This document shows positions 45,597 through 54,955 of a DNA stretch of 64,000 nucleotides, piece by piece; the first letter of the stretch is position 1; each line of letters opens with the position of its first letter. Origin of the DNA: Pseudomonadota bacterium (lineage in GTDB: Bacteria; Pseudomonadota; Gammaproteobacteria; Burkholderiales; Ferrovaceae); contig JAKBLB010000002.1 of assembly GCA_021832305.1 (NCBI GenBank), positions 44,794 to 108,793 on the forward strand, written 5' to 3'. The translations under genes were made by a program, and so were the position numbers. Under the pieces are notes generated by a model. That model had not been told where the DNA came from. It was given only the letters and a program-made list of their open reading frames with translations, and ran no database searches.

Positions 45597-46936
45597 CAAA
45601 AAATTCTTCTCCCCTGCGGAGATCCGCCCGTCCTTCTCTCCAACCGCCGAAACCGAAGGAAGAAGTGGAAAGTGGCGGGGTGAGGACTCCCCTCTTCGAG
45701 GCTCTGGTGGAAGTGCTGCGCATCCTGTTGGCAGGAACCCGTCCGGCGGACCGGGTGCTCCATGATTTTTTTCGTGATCAGTCCCAACTGGGCGTGCGGG
45801 ATCGCGCCTGGGTCACGGACCATTTTTATGATCTGCTGCGCCACTGGGAATCGGTCACGGCCCTGGCTCCACCCACGGCTCCCCGCCGTCTGGTGCTGGC
45901 CAGTCTGCAACGTGGCGGCGGACGCAGTACGCGCGAATTGCAGGGACTATGCCGGGGAGATGAGGAACGGGACTGGTTGGCGGCATTGGCGGCGCAGCGT
46001 CTGCCTGATACTCCCTCGGTGCGGGCCCATCTGCCGGAATGGGTCGTGGGTGCGGTGCAGGAAGTCCTGCCGGAAGGCGAGTGGCTGGCGCTTGGGTGGG
46101 CTCTGCAGAAATCGGCCCCTCTGGATTTGCGCGTCAATCTGCTCAAGGCCGAGCGACCGGCAGTGTTGGCGGCGTTGGCGGCTGCGGGAATCGTTGCCGA
46201 GGCGACGCCTTTGTCTCCCTGGGGTGTGCGGGTGCAGGGACGTCCCCTGCTGAATCGATTGCCCTTGTTCACCGAGGGCTGGGTAGAGATCCAGGATGAG
46301 GGCAGTCAGTTGCTGGCCGCTCTGGTGGCTCCCCGGCGCCGTGACATGGTGGTGGATTTTTGTGCCGGATCGGGCGGAAAAGCGTTGCATCTGGCAGCGT
46401 TGATGCATAACCAGGGACGTCTTTATGCCTTTGACGTGGCTGCGCGCCGCCTGGAACAACTCAAGCCACGGCTCAAGCGTTCGGGCGTCTCCAATCTCAT
46501 GCCGGTGGTGATTGCCCGTGAAACCGATGACCGGGTACGGCGTCTCGCCGGCAAGATCGATCGGGTACTGGTGGATGCGCCGTGCAGCGGAATGGGCACC
46601 TTGCGCCGCAATCCGGACCTGAAATTACGCCAGACCCCGGAGGGATTGCCGGCGTTGCTCGACAAGCAGCGCAATATCCTGGAAGCCGCGGCCCAACTGG
46701 TCAAACCCGGTGGCCGTCTGGTCTATGCCACCTGTAGTCTCCTGCCTGCGGAGAATCAGGTCCAGGCCCAGGAATTCAGCGCACGGCACCCTGAATTCAT
46801 TCCGCTGGCCGCCTCTCGGGTTTTGGCAGAGCAGGGGATCACCGTGCCCGCTCTGGAGGATCCCTGGTTCCAGCTCTGGCCCCAGCGCCACGGAACCGAC
46901 GGTTTTTTTGCGGCACTCTGGCAGCGCCAGGAGTAA
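45593..46936 (+). CDS. RsmB/NOP family class I SAM-dependent RNA methyltransferase
   Basis: QDEGSQL, DFCAGSGGK, VDAPCSG, YATCS, DGFF. Confidence 0.9.
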   Translation: MTKNSSPLRRSARPSLQPPKPKEEVESGGVRTPLFEALVEVLRILLAGTRPADRVLHDFFRDQSQLGVRDRAWVTDHFYDLLRHWESVTALAPPTAPRRLVLASLQRGGGRSTRELQGLCRGDEERDWLAALAAQRLPDTPSVRAHLPEWVVGAVQEVLPEGEWLALGWALQKSAPLDLRVNLLKAERPAVLAALAAAGIVAEATPLSPWGVRVQGRPLLNRLPLFTEGWVEIQDEGSQLLAALVAPRRRDMVVDFCAGSGGKALHLAALMHNQGRLYAFDVAARRLEQLKPRLKRSGVSNLMPVVIARETDDRVRRLAGKIDRVLVDAPCSGMGTLRRNPDLKLRQTPEGLPALLDKQRNILEAAAQLVKPGGRLVYATCSLLPAENQVQAQEFSARHPEFIPLAASRVLAEQGITVPALEDPWFQLWPQRHGTDGFFAALWQRQE

Positions 46937-46939
46937 CCG

Positions 46940-48193
46940 ATGGAACCGGCGGGAGAGCCCTTTGCTGATCTGATCGAGTTTTTTCAGTCGCTGAGCCAAT
47001 ACCGGCATATCTGGCAAGTGCCCGTCCTGGGTGCGGCCCTTGCGGTGGGATTCGGGGCTGCCCAGCTCCTGGGGAAACGTCTGGCCCATCAGACGGAAGG
47101 CGAAAAACTGAAACGCCTCAAGGGGATTTTATTTGCGGGAAGCAGCGCTGCGGCCCTGATTCTGCTGCGTCACTATTTTGGTCAGGGGCGCCATGCGCCT
47201 TTGCTGCATATGGCCCTGGCCCTGGCCCTGGCCTTGGCTGTGGCGCGCATGGGGGTGTATGTCCTGCACTACGGGGTGGGGTCCAAACGGCTGGTTTTTG
47301 TCCAGACCCTGTTCCTGCGCCTGGTATGGGTGGTCTTTGCCCTGCATGTCACCGGACTCCTCGATCCGGTACGGGTCTGGTTGGGGGAAACGGACTTCAG
47401 CATGGGCGGAACCCGGATGACACTGTGGCAGTTGTTGCAGGGGACCCTGGCCATCGGCCTGTTGGGGGTGGCGGCCTTGTGGCTGGGTTCCTGGTTGGAG
47501 CGACGCCTGAGTCGGGCCGAATCCCTGGATCCCCATGTGCGCGTCATCGTGACCAAATTGACGCGGGGTTTCCTGTTCTTTTTTGCGGTGTTGATGGCTT
47601 TCCCTCTGGTGGGAATCAACGCCACTTTTCTGTCGGTGCTGGGCGGTGCGCTGGGCGTAGGCCTGGGGTTTGCCCTGCAAAAGGTGGCGAGCAACTATGT
47701 GAGCGGGTTCATTCTGCTCATGGATCGTTCCGTGCGCATGGGAGACGTGATCACCGTGGAAGGACGGCAAGGCACGGTGATCCGTCTGGATGCGCGCTGC
47801 ATCACCCTGTCGGGCACGGATGGAACGGCGTTCATCGTGCCCAATGAAACCTTTTTGACACAGACCATCATCAATCATTCGCGCATGGGGATCGGCGTCT
47901 GTCATGGCCTGACCATCGAAGTGTCCTATGAATCGGATCTGGTCGCGGTACAGACCTTGATGGAAGAAGTCGCCCGTCGTCAAAGCCGCATCCTGACCGA
48001 CCCGGCACCGGGTGCGGTGGTGGGCAAGATGACGGGGCATGGGTTCGAAGTGACCCTGTATTACTGGATACCGGACCCCGGAAAAAGCGACTCGGGGCTG
48101 CGCTCCGTTCTGATGCAGGAGATTCGCCAGGGCTTGCGCGCGGCGGGTATCACGGTTCCCCTCCGGGATGGTGCGCAGGCGGTCTTGCCCTGA
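46940..48193 (+). CDS. Small-conductance mechanosensitive channel (MscS family)
   Basis: GALGVGLGFALQ, NYVSGFILL, GDVI, IVPNE. Confidence 0.9.
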   Translation: MEPAGEPFADLIEFFQSLSQYRHIWQVPVLGAALAVGFGAAQLLGKRLAHQTEGEKLKRLKGILFAGSSAAALILLRHYFGQGRHAPLLHMALALALALAVARMGVYVLHYGVGSKRLVFVQTLFLRLVWVVFALHVTGLLDPVRVWLGETDFSMGGTRMTLWQLLQGTLAIGLLGVAALWLGSWLERRLSRAESLDPHVRVIVTKLTRGFLFFFAVLMAFPLVGINATFLSVLGGALGVGLGFALQKVASNYVSGFILLMDRSVRMGDVITVEGRQGTVIRLDARCITLSGTDGTAFIVPNETFLTQTIINHSRMGIGVCHGLTIEVSYESDLVAVQTLMEEVARRQSRILTDPAPGAVVGKMTGHGFEVTLYYWIPDPGKSDSGLRSVLMQEIRQGLRAAGITVPLRDGAQAVLP

Positions 48194-48246
48194 TCTGTTA
48201 TAATAGGCCCTTTGCCTGCAATTTTTCCTTCTTTGGAGGAGCGCAC

Positions 48247-49434
48247 ATGATCTATTCCGGTATGCTGTCCCTGTCCTGGGTGGGCGAGGTGGTCGTTGCC
48301 CTGGTGTTGACCCATATCACCATTGCCAGCGTCACCATCTTTCTGCATCGCCATCAGGCCCACCGCGCCCTGGAGTTGGGGCGCGTGGCCAGCCATTTTT
48401 TTCGTTTCTGGCTGTGGTTGACCACGGGCATGGTCACCCGGCAATGGGCGGCCATCCACCGCAAACACCACGCCAAATGCGAAACGCCGGAAGATCCCCA
48501 CAGCCCGCAGGTATTGGGCTTGGCGCGGGTACTGTGGGGAGGGGTGTTCCTCTACGTCAAGGAAAGCCGCAATGCGGAAACCATGGCGCGGTTTGGGCAT
48601 GGTACCCCCAACGACTGGCTTGAAAACCATGTTTACGCGGCCCATGAACGTCTGGGCGTGACCCTCATGGCGCTGGTGGACATGGCGTTGTTCGGCCTGG
48701 TGCCCGGACTGTTGATCTGGCTGGTCCAGATGGTGTGGATTCCTTTCTGGGCGGCGGGCGTCGTGAATGGGGTGGGCCATTTCTGGGGATACCGCAATTT
48801 CAATTGCAAGGATGCCAGTACCAATCTCGTTCCCTGGGGAATTTTGATCGGCGGTGAAGAGTTGCACAACAACCATCATACTTTTGCGACCTCGGCCAAA
48901 CTTTCCCACCACTGGTATGAATTCGATATCGGCTGGATGTATATTCGCATCCTGCAGGCCCTCGGACAGGCTCGGGTCAAGTCGGTGGCCCCCCAGGTGC
49001 GATTTGATCAGGCCAAGCGTGAATGTGATCTGGTGACCCTCAATGCCATCATCCGCAACCGTTATGATGTCATGAGACGCTATACCCGGGAACTTGCCAC
49101 GACCTGTGCGCGAGAACTCCATCATCTCGGGGAATCCGCCAAATTGCCCTCGCTCTCCCGGCGTGAGGTGACCGCCATGGTCGGACGCTGGCTGCACCAT
49201 CCCGATCACGAATTGCCCGGGGCTGAACGCCACACATTGGCCCAGGCGATGGAAATCAGTCACCCGCTCGGCACGGTGGTTCAAATGCGCCGCGAACTGG
49301 AACAGTTATGGACGCGCACCAATGCCAGCGCCGAACAGTTGCTGGAACAGTTGCGCGATTGGTGTCGGCGTGCCGAGGCCAGCGGAATTCAGGAATTGAT
49401 GGGATTTTCGCGGACCTTGCGGGCCTATGCCTGA
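48247..49434 (+). CDS. Acyl-CoA (delta-9-like) fatty acid desaturase
   Basis: His boxes HRHQAH, HRKHH, HNNHH. Confidence 0.92.
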   Translation: MIYSGMLSLSWVGEVVVALVLTHITIASVTIFLHRHQAHRALELGRVASHFFRFWLWLTTGMVTRQWAAIHRKHHAKCETPEDPHSPQVLGLARVLWGGVFLYVKESRNAETMARFGHGTPNDWLENHVYAAHERLGVTLMALVDMALFGLVPGLLIWLVQMVWIPFWAAGVVNGVGHFWGYRNFNCKDASTNLVPWGILIGGEELHNNHHTFATSAKLSHHWYEFDIGWMYIRILQALGQARVKSVAPQVRFDQAKRECDLVTLNAIIRNRYDVMRRYTRELATTCARELHHLGESAKLPSLSRREVTAMVGRWLHHPDHELPGAERHTLAQAMEISHPLGTVVQMRRELEQLWTRTNASAEQLLEQLRDWCRRAEASGIQELMGFSRTLRAYA

Positions 49435-49505
49435 GCGTATTATTTATATTTGTTATAACAGTCCAACTTTATATTCTTTGTTTGAATAAAGAGCGCTCGT
49501 TAGAA
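49435..49505. promoter_or_regulatory. AT-rich upstream region of cys operon, candidate LysR/CysB site
   Basis: Strong AT island (TATTATTTATATTTGTTATAAC...) in GC-rich context; regulator identity is inference. Confidence 0.35.
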
Positions 49506-49539
49506 TGGTCTTCATTCCGATGAAGTGGAGAAGACGATC

Positions 49540-51216
49540 ATGTACCAATATGATGAAATAGACCAGCGTCTGGTCGAGGAACGGGTAGCCCGTTTTCGGG
49601 ACCAGACCCGGCGCTTTCTGGCGGGAGAATTGTCTGAAGATGATTTTCGCCCCTTTCGTCTTCAGAACGGTCTGTATATTCAGCGGCATGCGCCCATGTT
49701 GCGGGTGGCCATTCCCTACGGTGTGCTGAGCGCTTCCCAGTTGAGGCGCCTGGCCTGGATCGCGCGCACCCATGACCGGGGCGTGGGCCATTTCACCACC
49801 CGTCAGAATATTCAGTACAACTGGGTCAAACTGCCCGAAGTTCCGGACATTCTGGCCGCGCTGGCTGAAGTCCAGATGCATGCCACGCAAACCAGCGGGA
49901 ATTGTGTGCGCAATACCACCACCGACCATTTCGCCGGTGTGGCTGCAGACGAACTGGTCGATCCGCGCGTCACCTGCGAACTGATTCGTCAATGGTCTAC
50001 CGGGCATCCGGAGTTTGCCTTCTTGCCGCGCAAGTTCAAGATTGCCGTCAATGGGGCGCGCGCAGACCGTGCTGCGACGGGGGTTCATGACATCGGGTTG
50101 CAGGCGGTGCAGGATGCAGTGCAGGGTCTGGGGTATCGGGTGCAGGTGGGGGGCGGGTTGGGACGGACCCCCATGGTGGGCGAGGTCGTCCGGGAGTTCC
50201 TGCCGGCCCGTCATCTATTGACCTATCTCGATGCCATCCTGCGCGTGTACAACCGCTATGGGCGACGGGACAACAAGTACAAGGCGCGTATCAAAATTCT
50301 CGTCAAAGCCATGACCGTGGAGCGTTTTCGGCGGGAAGTGGAAACGGAATGGGAGCACTGGAAGGATGGTCCTGCCACTTTGGTGGAGGAGGAAGTGGCG
50401 CGGATCGAAGCGCGGCTCAAGAAACCGGCCTATCGGGTTCTCCCGGCGGGGATTCCGGCTGCGCTGGCCGCGCGTCTGCATCACGATACGGACTTTGCCA
50501 CCTGGTTCCGCCAGAATCTTCATCCCCACAAGGTGCCGGGGTATACCAACGTCGTCCTGTCTCTCAAAAGCCCGGATCAGCCTCCGGGGGACGCCAGCGC
50601 CGCGCAGATGGATGCGATTGCCGACTGGTCGGAACGCTTCGGCTTCGGAGAAATCCGGGTCAGCCACGAGCAGAACCTGATCTTGCCCGATGTGGCCCTG
50701 AGCGACCTGCCGGCACTGTACGATGCCCTATGCCCCTGGAAACTGGCGACTCCCAATGTGGGATTGCTCACCAACATCATCGCCTGCCCCGGGGGAGATT
50801 ACTGCGCCCTGGCCAATGCGCGCTCCCTGCCGTTGGCCCAGGCCCTGCAGGACAAGTTTGCCGACGCGGCCTGGGTGCGTGCCCTGGGTCCCGTCGATCT
50901 CAATATTTCCGGGTGCATGAATTCCTGTGGACACCACCATGTGGGTCATATCGGCATTCTGGGCGTGGACAAGCATGGGCGCGAGTACTACCAGATTTCC
51001 ATTGGCGGGGCGCAGGCGCCGGCACGCCTGGGCAAGGTCATCGGTCCCTCCCTCGCTCCGGAAGAAGTCCCGGATGCCCTCCAGGCCATGCTCGAGGCAT
51101 ACCTGAAACTACGACTGAGCGACGCAGAAAAATTTGTGGATACGGTGGAAAGAGTGGGGATTGTACCTTTCCGTGACGCCGTCTATGCACCCAATCAGGA
51201 GGCGGCCTGTGCGTGA
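49540..51216 (+). CDS. cysI: Nitrite/sulfite reductase hemoprotein (CysI-like)
   Basis: FRLQNG, HFTTRQN, TSGNCVRN, LPRKFK, ACPGGDYC, SGCMNSCG. Confidence 0.93.
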   Translation: MYQYDEIDQRLVEERVARFRDQTRRFLAGELSEDDFRPFRLQNGLYIQRHAPMLRVAIPYGVLSASQLRRLAWIARTHDRGVGHFTTRQNIQYNWVKLPEVPDILAALAEVQMHATQTSGNCVRNTTTDHFAGVAADELVDPRVTCELIRQWSTGHPEFAFLPRKFKIAVNGARADRAATGVHDIGLQAVQDAVQGLGYRVQVGGGLGRTPMVGEVVREFLPARHLLTYLDAILRVYNRYGRRDNKYKARIKILVKAMTVERFRREVETEWEHWKDGPATLVEEEVARIEARLKKPAYRVLPAGIPAALAARLHHDTDFATWFRQNLHPHKVPGYTNVVLSLKSPDQPPGDASAAQMDAIADWSERFGFGEIRVSHEQNLILPDVALSDLPALYDALCPWKLATPNVGLLTNIIACPGGDYCALANARSLPLAQALQDKFADAAWVRALGPVDLNISGCMNSCGHHHVGHIGILGVDKHGREYYQISIGGAQAPARLGKVIGPSLAPEEVPDALQAMLEAYLKLRLSDAEKFVDTVERVGIVPFRDAVYAPNQEAACA

Positions 51217-51706
51217 AGTCGTGGTGAATCGTCAGATCGTGCCGGATACCTGGGTCCGGTTCAGCCCGGAGCAAAGTGAGGCAGGCGGGGATCGGCTGTA
51301 TCGTCTCGAGGAATGGCTGGCGGTACGGGCACAGGCCAGGGAGGGGCGGGTCGGGTTATGGGTGGAGACTGACCAGGAGCCGGAGGCTCTGCGCCCCTAT
51401 CTGCCGGAGGTGGCCCTGATCGCGATCCATATCGACAGTTTTACCGATGGACGGGGACATAGCCTGGGACGCTTGTTGCGCGAGGTTTATGGCTATCGAG
51501 GCGAGATTCGGGCGGTGGGCGACGTGATCCAGGATACGGTCAATGAACTGGAACGCTGTGGCTTCAACGGGTTTTCACCCCGACCGGGAGAAACGGCCGA
51601 CCATCTCCTGCGCGGTCTGGGACTGTTCAGCGAGGCCTATCAAATCTCGGTGGAACGACCCGAGCCCTTGTTTCGGCGGCGGTTGTCCCACCGTTCCGGA
51701 GGTTGA
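51209..51706 (+). CDS. DUF934 family protein
   Basis: FTDGRGHSLGRLLR, GEIRAVGDV, RCGF; between cysI and cysH. Confidence 0.88.
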   Translation: MREVVVNRQIVPDTWVRFSPEQSEAGGDRLYRLEEWLAVRAQAREGRVGLWVETDQEPEALRPYLPEVALIAIHIDSFTDGRGHSLGRLLREVYGYRGEIRAVGDVIQDTVNELERCGFNGFSPRPGETADHLLRGLGLFSEAYQISVERPEPLFRRRLSHRSGG

Positions 51707-51707
51707 C

Positions 51708-52412
51708 ATGCCGATTTCCCGAATCGATCAGTTGGAACGAGATTTGCGGGCGTGGTCGTTGCGTACGCCGGCCTTGTCGTTGGCCAGCAGTCTGGGTGCC
51801 GAGGACATGGTGATCACCGACCTGATTTGCCGTAAAAATTTGCCGATCCGTATTTTTACCCTGGATACGGGGCGTTTGCCGGAGGCGACCTATCGCCTGT
51901 TGGACCGGATTTTCGAGCATTATGGACGACGCATCGAAGTATTCTGGCCCACCCCGGAGGATGTGGAGGCATTGGTCAAGGAACAGGGCGTCAACGGGTT
52001 CTATCATGGTTTGGCAGCGCGTCGTGCCTGTTGCGCCGCGCGTAAGGTGAAGCCGCTGGCCCGTGCCCTGTCCGGGCAGCAGGGCTGGATCACCGGGTTG
52101 AGGCGGGATCAGTCACCCACGCGTGGTGATCTCGTCACTGAAACCTGGGACGAAGGGCATCGATTGATGAAATACAGTCCCTTGTTGGACTGGAGTCGGG
52201 AAGAGGTCTGGGCTGTACTGGAAGAATACCGGGTGCCCTATAACGCATTGCATGACCAGCACTATGCCAGCATCGGTTGTGCTCCCTGTACGCGCGCGAT
52301 CCAGCCGGGGGAGGATGAGCGGGCCGGACGGTGGTGGTGGGAATCTTCCGACAGCAAGGAATGTGGATTACATGTGGCCTCGGAAGCAGAAAAGGCCACC
52401 CAGGCATCATGA
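51708..52412 (+). CDS. cysH: Phosphoadenylyl/adenylyl-sulfate reductase
   Basis: LDTGRLP, CCAARKV, TGLRRDQS, SIGCAPCT, KECGLH; Fe-S Cys motifs suggest APS-type. Confidence 0.93.
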   Translation: MPISRIDQLERDLRAWSLRTPALSLASSLGAEDMVITDLICRKNLPIRIFTLDTGRLPEATYRLLDRIFEHYGRRIEVFWPTPEDVEALVKEQGVNGFYHGLAARRACCAARKVKPLARALSGQQGWITGLRRDQSPTRGDLVTETWDEGHRLMKYSPLLDWSREEVWAVLEEYRVPYNALHDQHYASIGCAPCTRAIQPGEDERAGRWWWESSDSKECGLHVASEAEKATQAS

Positions 52413-52429
52413 AAGGAGAAAGCGGTTCC

Positions 52430-53386
52430 ATGAAGTCACCCCAAGCAGCAACACTTACTTCCCTCACTTCGTCCGGCGGTGGCGCCTGGGCGCCCTGGGA
52501 TCATCTCGACCGGCTGGAGTCGGAAGCCATTCATATCCTGCGTGAAGTGGTGGCTCAATGCACCCGCCCGGTCCTCCTCTTTTCGGGAGGCAAGGATTCC
52601 ATGGTGCTCCTGCATCTGGCGCGCAAGGCCTTTCACCCTCAGCGCATTCCCTTCCCATTGATGCATGTGGATACCGGGCATAATTTTCCGGAAGTCATCG
52701 TCTTTCGCGATCAGGTCGTCAAAAGTTTGGGGGCGGACCTGATCGTGCGCTCGGTGGAAGAGTCCATTCGGCAGGGCCGTGCACGTGTGCGCTTCGAGTC
52801 GGACAGCCGGAATGCGTTGCAGGCGGTCACCCTGGTGGATGCCATCCATGAGTTCGGATTCGATGCCTGCCTGGGGGGGGCTCGTCGGGATGAGGAAAAG
52901 GCACGGGCCAAGGAAAGAATTTTTTCCTTCCGGGATGAATTCGGCGGCTGGGACCCGAAAAACCAGCGGCCCGAGTTATGGGACCTTTACAACGCCCACG
53001 TCCATCCCGGTGAAAACATGCGGGTTTTCCCCATCAGCAACTGGACCGAGGCCGATGTCTGGGAGTATATCGCCCGTGAGCGATTGGACCTGCCTTCCCT
53101 GTATTTTGCCCATCGCCGGGAAGTCGTGGCGCGCGGAGATCAGTGGATCCCCGTCACGCCCCTGACTCAGCCGAAGGCGGGAGAACAGGTGGAGGAACGC
53201 TGGGTACGTTTCCGTACCGTGGGGGATATGACCTGCACCTGCCCGGTCCCCTCCGAGGCCCATACCCTGGAGGACATCTTGCGCGAGACGGCCACCAGTA
53301 CCCTGACCGAACGGGGCGCGACTCGTACCGACGATCAGACTTCCGAAGCTTCCATGGAACTGCGTAAGAAACAAGGTTATTTTTGA
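52430..53386 (+). CDS. cysD: Sulfate adenylyltransferase subunit 2
   Basis: LFSGGKDS, HVDTGHNF, GGARRDEEKARAKER, RFRTVGD, KKQGYF. Confidence 0.95.
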   Translation: MKSPQAATLTSLTSSGGGAWAPWDHLDRLESEAIHILREVVAQCTRPVLLFSGGKDSMVLLHLARKAFHPQRIPFPLMHVDTGHNFPEVIVFRDQVVKSLGADLIVRSVEESIRQGRARVRFESDSRNALQAVTLVDAIHEFGFDACLGGARRDEEKARAKERIFSFRDEFGGWDPKNQRPELWDLYNAHVHPGENMRVFPISNWTEADVWEYIARERLDLPSLYFAHRREVVARGDQWIPVTPLTQPKAGEQVEERWVRFRTVGDMTCTCPVPSEAHTLEDILRETATSTLTERGATRTDDQTSEASMELRKKQGYF

Positions 53387-53409
53387 AGAAAAATATTGGA
53401 ATCAGTGAC

Positions 53410-54675
53410 ATGGAAAATAAACTGAAGAACTGTCAAGAACTTTTGAGATTCATTACTTGCGGTTCCGTGGATGATGGAAAAAGTACCCTGATCGGACGTT
53501 TGCTGCTCGACAGCCGGTCGGTACTGGCGGATCAATGGGCCGCCATCGAAGCTACCTCCACGCGCCGTGGCCAGTCTCAGGTGGATTTGTCCCTGCTGAC
53601 CGATGGACTGCAGGCGGAGCGCGAGCAAGGGATTACCATCGACGTGGCATATCGTTACTTCAGTACGCCGGCGCGCCGTTTCATCATCGCGGATACCCCG
53701 GGTCATGCCCAGTACACGCGCAACATGGTGACGGGGGCCAGCACGGCGGATTTGGCGATTCTGTTGCTGGATGTGCGCAAGGGCGTGGTGGAACAAACTC
53801 GTCGGCATGCGCAGATCGTACGCTTGCTGGGGATTCGCAAGGTGGTGATCGCCGTCAACAAGATGGATCTGGTGGCGTATGGCCAGGAGGCTTTTGAGCG
53901 GGTCAAGCAGGAATTTCTGAATTTTTCGGAACCCCTGGATTTCCGGGATATCGTTTTTATCCCGTTGAGCGCATTGAATGGCGATGGCGTAGTGCTCCAT
54001 GGGGAGCACATGCCCTGGTATGCCGGTCCAACCCTGCTTGAATTGCTGGAGACGGTGGTTCTGGACGAAGAGATTTTGAACACAAGTTTTAGATTTCCAA
54101 TTCAGTTGGTTACGAGACTTTCTGAAGAAAACGGGGAAGAGCGGCGGGGCGCGCAGGGGCGGGTGGAAAGTGGCACGGTGGCGGTGGGAGACGAGGTCCT
54201 CCTGCTGCCCTCCGGGCGAACGAGCCGTGTTTCCGCAATCGAGACCTACGCCGGACGAATTTCCCAAGCGCGGGCAGGACAGTCGATCACCCTGGTGCTG
54301 ACCGATCAGATCGATATGTCGCGTGGGGATATGATTGCCAGTGTCGCGCATCCGCCCAGGATCGGCAAAAACTTCGAAGCCCTGGTGTGCTGGTTTTCCC
54401 ACCTGCCTTATGATTCGGCACGCCGTCTCCTGATCCAGCAAACCACCCGTTGCATACAAGGCAAGATAGAGACCGTCAGCGCCCGTCTGGATATCCAGAC
54501 CTCCCAATTGATCCCCTCTCCGGCGCAGGTGACCATGAACGACCTGGTGCATATGGGGTTCAAGGTTCAGCAGCCCTTGGCTTTTGACCGCTATGAGGAC
54601 AATCGCACGACGGGCAGTTTCATCCTCGTCGATGCGCTGACCCATGATACGGTGGCGGCGGGCATGATCGTTTAA
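53410..54675 (+). CDS. cysN: Sulfate adenylyltransferase subunit 1
   Basis: TCGSVDDGKST, EREQGITID, DTPGH, NKMD, TGSFILVD. Confidence 0.95.
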   Translation: MENKLKNCQELLRFITCGSVDDGKSTLIGRLLLDSRSVLADQWAAIEATSTRRGQSQVDLSLLTDGLQAEREQGITIDVAYRYFSTPARRFIIADTPGHAQYTRNMVTGASTADLAILLLDVRKGVVEQTRRHAQIVRLLGIRKVVIAVNKMDLVAYGQEAFERVKQEFLNFSEPLDFRDIVFIPLSALNGDGVVLHGEHMPWYAGPTLLELLETVVLDEEILNTSFRFPIQLVTRLSEENGEERRGAQGRVESGTVAVGDEVLLLPSGRTSRVSAIETYAGRISQARAGQSITLVLTDQIDMSRGDMIASVAHPPRIGKNFEALVCWFSHLPYDSARRLLIQQTTRCIQGKIETVSARLDIQTSQLIPSPAQVTMNDLVHMGFKVQQPLAFDRYEDNRTTGSFILVDALTHDTVAAGMIV

Positions 54676-54745
54676 GGAAGCCTGCGCACAGCACGGCTCG
54701 AATCGAGTACCATGACAGTTGGGCCATCACCGAGGAATTTTGCTC

Positions 54746-54955
54746 ATGAAAATCGCATTCTGTGGAGGAGTTCTCGCTCTGCTGTTGTTGACGGCGTGTG
54801 AGAACACCAAGACCAAGGAGTATTACCTGGATCATCCCGATGAGATTGCTTCAGACCTTTCCGAATGCCAGAAATCGGGCAAAAATACTTACAACTGTAA
54901 CCAGGCGACTCTCGCCCAATATCAATTGAAACCCAAGGCTCCACAGACACCATGA
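54746..54955 (+). CDS. Small lipoprotein, EexN (entry exclusion)-like
   Basis: Lipobox LTAC; TKEYYLDHPDE...C...NC.QA pattern recalled as EexN-like. Confidence 0.65.
   Translation: MKIAFCGGVLALLLLTACENTKTKEYYLDHPDEIASDLSECQKSGKNTYNCNQATLAQYQLKPKAPQTP

Noticed and set aside
49000-49434. C-terminal extension of the desaturase as a possible transposase fragment
   Set aside because: In frame with the desaturase, no catalytic DDE or terminal repeats; a usual extension in proteobacterial desaturases.
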